A stretch of DNA of 63,709 nt, filler included, from Asterionella formosa (lineage: Eukaryota), in the NCBI GenBank assembly GCA_002256025.1. It is 8 parts of 8 records of this genome, joined end to end, with 100 filler letters (N's around TTAATTAATTAA, not from the genome) between each part and the next. Parts side by side here need not be neighbours in the genome. Positions count along the whole stretch, not along the records: positions 55,878 to 63,709 come from NKIB01012373.1; 7 more parts are not named here. One strand, 5' to 3'. This document shows positions 63,540 to 63,709 of this stretch, one piece after another. Made by a program: the position numbers and the translations under genes. How positions within the stretch are numbered: position 1 is the stretch's first letter; each line of letters starts with the position of its first letter. The notes under the pieces are model-generated. The model was not told the origin of the DNA. It was given only the letters and a program-made list of their open reading frames with translations, and ran no database searches.

Positions 63540-63709
63540 TTACCTTTGAAAAGGTTTGATGTAATGGATATTAATTCGTTCCGTAGTATGCATAGTTTGT
63601 TGAAAAGTAACTGTACCATTGGCATATACTTGAATAAATAGAATAAGGACCTCGTCCATGGTTATCCAAGGTAGTAGGATTATCCAATAGGATTAAAACC
63701 TCATCAACA
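63540..63709 (-). mobile_element. C-terminus of a Gypsy integrase (frameshifted, runs off window)
   Basis: GRGPYS / IQVYANGTVTFQ...ERINIHYIKPF, a GPY/F-type integrase tail, lies directly upstream of the PPT. Confidence 0.75.

Overview
Eukaryotic nuclear DNA, almost certainly from a diatom. This is inferred from ASAF-type bipartite plastid presequences, short GT-AG introns, diatom-type Copia, Gypsy and PIF/Harbinger elements, and a DUF6824 protein. The window is a scaffold of about 9 contigs joined by N-TTAATTAATTAA-N spacers. Genes that appear intact, three of them running into assembly gaps: MsrA, an HHxxxDG acyltransferase, Mpv17/PMP22, INO1, a multi-repeat plastid iota-carbonic anhydrase, a Reeler protein, a 26-aa-repeat coiled-coil protein, a plastid thioredoxin-cNMP-EF-hand protein, a ubiquitin-like/membrane-tail protein, PSRP1/HPF, a PH-like protein, an FG nucleoporin, PP2C, WHEP-AspRS and a DUF6824 protein. 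Between them lie transposon debris and stray gene fragments (PGRL1, AspRS 3' end). The most notable signals are (1) a dense TGACGTCA cluster upstream of the iota-CA, (2) the redox/cNMP/Ca2+ plastid protein, (3) two identical Gypsy LTRs with a shared CCAGG target duplication but opposite orientation, and (4) a pervasive GGTACC(A/T)GGTACC intergenic motif. No rRNA, tRNA or CRISPR array was recognised. All family calls come from motif recognition, not database searches.
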